Origin: Eledone cirrhosa
Taxonomy: Eukaryota
Direction: 5' to 3'
DNA: 64,000 nucleotides
NCBI GenBank assembly: GCA_964016885.1
Contig: OZ024740.1
Coordinates: 353,400,001 to 353,464,000 of the forward strand
In this document: piece after piece, positions 61,236 through 64,000 of the stretch
Numbering within the stretch: the stretch's first letter is position 1
Layout of the letters: every line of letters begins with the position of its first letter
Notes under the pieces: model-generated
Database searches by the model: none
What the model was told of the DNA's origin: nothing
What the model saw: only the letters and a program-made list of their open reading frames with translations
Translations under genes and position numbers: made by a program

Positions 61236-64000
61236 ATCACCCTCCCCTCTTTTCTGCGACACTAGAGTTCTTGCCAACCCAATCCCCTTCCCGTTCTTTT
61301 TTCTCTATATTTTCTTTTTTTCTTTTGTTTCCTTTTCTTTTTTGTGGAACTTGCGAGCCAAGCAGAGGTAGAGGCTGCTTTGGAGTACATCGGAAGTAAC
61401 ATAGAGTACAAAGCAAGAGGCAAACAGTTCGGTACCATCTCGGTACTGTTCAAAACCGAGGCCCTCGCTATTAAGCACTCGGTGACCCCCTGCAGAACGG
61501 AACGCATTATCATGCATCCGTCCTATATGGGTAAAAGGACAGTGAAGGTACGCATTCCCAGCATCCCACCAGGGATGAACATATGGTGGCTGCTGGGATG
61601 CGTAATCAAGGAGGGGACAGACACCACCCTCCTGGACATCAAAAGGACAGAGAGAGAGGACTGGTCCGGAATGGATTTGGAGATTCTTCTCCAAATGAAA
61701 CCGGAGGATATGAATAACATCCCGGATTTTGCTCGCCTGCAGGACGGGACAACAATCCAACTAATGATTGACGGAAGAAGGCCACGCTGCTTTGTTTGCG
61801 GGGAAGCAACGCATCTTCAAGCCTTCTGCCCTCAGCGCAAAAATGCAGGGGGTCGCAAACCTACTTTGTTGCCAACGCCAGTGTCAGCACGGAAAGCTGC
61901 ACCACCACCAAAAACAACAGCAACAAAAACACGGACACCAACATCAAAAGCAGCCGGATCACCACCAACACCAAAACCAATCCAAGGAGAAAACGAGGAA
62001 AGCTCTCCCACTCCCCCTACCCCCCAATTATACACATAGACAAAAAAAAAATAAACGCACACACAGACACAGAGACACTCACAGACACAGACCCTTTGTC
62101 TTCCAGCAGCGAAGATGAAGGAAAACCCCAAAGTGCAAAAAACAGAGAAAACTCACAAAAAAAAAAGCCCCAACAAAACACAAAAACACACACAACAAAA
62201 AATACAGACACCACTAACGCAAACACTTCCCCAATAACATCAGCACCAACAGCAACATCGACACCACCTCCACAATCCCCGAAACGCAAACAACCTAAAC
62301 AAACACAAGTACAAATAAACACACAAACACCTGAAATTGCAGACACCACACCTACAACAAACATAGACATACCCGAAACAACACCACCAAAACCATCGCC
62401 ACCACCTTCACCAAAACGAAAACAAATAAAACCACACCAACGAAATGTTAAAAACTTCGTGCTTGTCAGAAGGGCCAACGATAAACTGATGGCCCTCTTA
62501 GCGCGAAGCGAGGACATTCAAACAGAGGGGGAGATTTTTGAAATGAGCACATTTTGCGTGCCAGAAGATTTGCTTCTGGTCCGAATGTCACTAAATTCCT
62601 TCAAAGAAATTCGAGAGAGCTTTCCTCAAGACGTGGGAACCCCGAATGTGAAACCCACATCAAGACTTTTAAAGGGGTTCTCAAAAGAAACCCCACCAAC
62701 CATGGAGGTCGAACCACCCGACCTTCACAAGACCCGGGAGGTAAGTAAACCTTCCCTCTCTCTCTCTTAGCTTACCAATATGGCCATATTAAGAGTAGGA
62801 AGTTTAAATGTTCGCGGCCTGGGGTCACCCTGGAAGCAGGGTCGCCTGCTCAACGACCTCCGGTCGCTGGAAATGGATGTGATTGCCGTAAGCGAGACCA
62901 GAATTTCCGACACAAGCGCACTAGCCCCCATTTTCGACGACTATCAGATCTTCGCATCTGTTAGCAGGCCAGGAAAGGGGGGTGGGGTGGCAGTGCTGTT
63001 TAGGAAAGGACTGGATCTCGAGGTAAGGTCGATCTTCTTGGACCCGGACGGTAAGTTGGTGGTCTTGGATATGAGCAGTAGCGAAGGTGGTGCCTTTAGA
63101 CTGCTGGCCGTCTACGCCCCTACAGGGGCCGGACGACCTGACTTCTTTAGGCGCCTGGAGACCTTTCTGGGTACGTCTCGCCCTTTACTGTTAGCGGGGG
63201 ACTGGAATGGCATCTTAGACGCACGCTGGGATTGTGTGGGAGTAGCCGATAGGAGCGGGGGGTGCAAAAGCCTCAAGCACCTACTCAGCCAGTTCCAACT
63301 GTCTGACAGGTATCGACTAGATTTCCCCAATGTGCCAGTGTGGACATGGACCAACCGAATGGGGTCATCTAGATCGTATATAGACAGGATCTTCATTAGG
63401 AAAATAGATAGAAATAGTGTGGGCTGTCCACTTTTTAAAACGGTCGCCTATTCAGATCACAACTTTGTGATCTGTACGGTCGACCTAGATAAAACGCGTA
63501 GGTTGTGACCGGGTTACTGGAAGCTGAACATGTCATTTCCGGCACGTAAGGCTTACAGGGACCGAGTCAACAATTTAGTTAAGCAAAAGTTGACAGGGGG
63601 ATCATCAACAACAGATGGTGGGGGGATCTCAAAAGAGAGATTAGAGTAACTTCGATAGAGTTCAGCAAAGAACTAGCGTTAGAGAAAAATAGAAAGGAGG
63701 GGGAGCTGGTAGATAAGTTAGACGAGGCTATTTGTAGTGGCATTGCAACTGACGTGCTAGCGGCGAGAATGGCATTAGACCATTTCTTCAATGCCAAACA
63801 CGAAGGTTGCATTGTCAGAGCTAAGGCGCGTGCGCTGAGAAACGAGGGAACTAAAGCTGTTCGATGGGCCCGCGTGGCGGAGGCGCAGCGTGGTAATAAA
63901 ACCACAATTCGGTCTTTGGCGGACTGAGACGGACACGAGATAAGCGATTCCAAGCGGATGTGTGAGTCCTTTCGCCAGCATTTTGCTCGGTTGTTCAGGG
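61187..64000 (+). mobile_element. Tx1/L1-clade LINE, 5' part, disrupted, runs off the window
   Basis: ORF1 at about 61344-62770 is split by a frameshift and has a zinc knuckle CFVCGEATHLQAFC and a P/T/K-rich tail. ORF2 starts at 62780 with APE motifs (SLNVRGL, SETR, VYAP, GDWN, YIDRI, SDH), has a premature TGA at 63506, then GYWKLN and further frameshifts. Confidence 0.9.

Noticed and set aside
61796-62039. Programmed frameshift between the overlapping Tx1 ORF1 frames
   Set aside because: The shift falls near C/A homopolymers, and ORF2 of the same copy has a stop and frameshifts. Decay or sequencing error is simpler.

Overview
Eukaryotic (metazoan) genomic DNA: AT-rich, dense in microsatellites and dominated by repeats. 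The SINE/LINE repertoire looks cephalopod- or octopod-like, which is recognition from memory and not a database result. The only host gene I can support is on the + strand. It consists of the last six coding exons (5820-5966, 7318-7387, 25288-25319, 28850-29076, 30929-31071, 38217-38259) of a divergent ceramide kinase (CERK/CERKL)-like lipid kinase. All junctions are GT-AG and splice in one open frame. The rest is transposable elements. These include a young RTE LINE family with a PHD finger inside ORF2 (one copy fully intact, 38465-42172) and two 5'-inverted RTEs. There are also Dong/R4, CR1, CRE and Tx1/L1 LINE remnants, two tRNA-derived SINE families and non-autonomous Helitrons. At least five Penelope-like (GIY-YIG) insertions or remnants are present. 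The most striking non-gene structure is that every Penelope-like insertion is a fold-back and carries a hammerhead ribozyme motif. Two of these hammerheads have unusually large stem-II insertions and lie in sense orientation inside the host gene's 17.9-kb intron.
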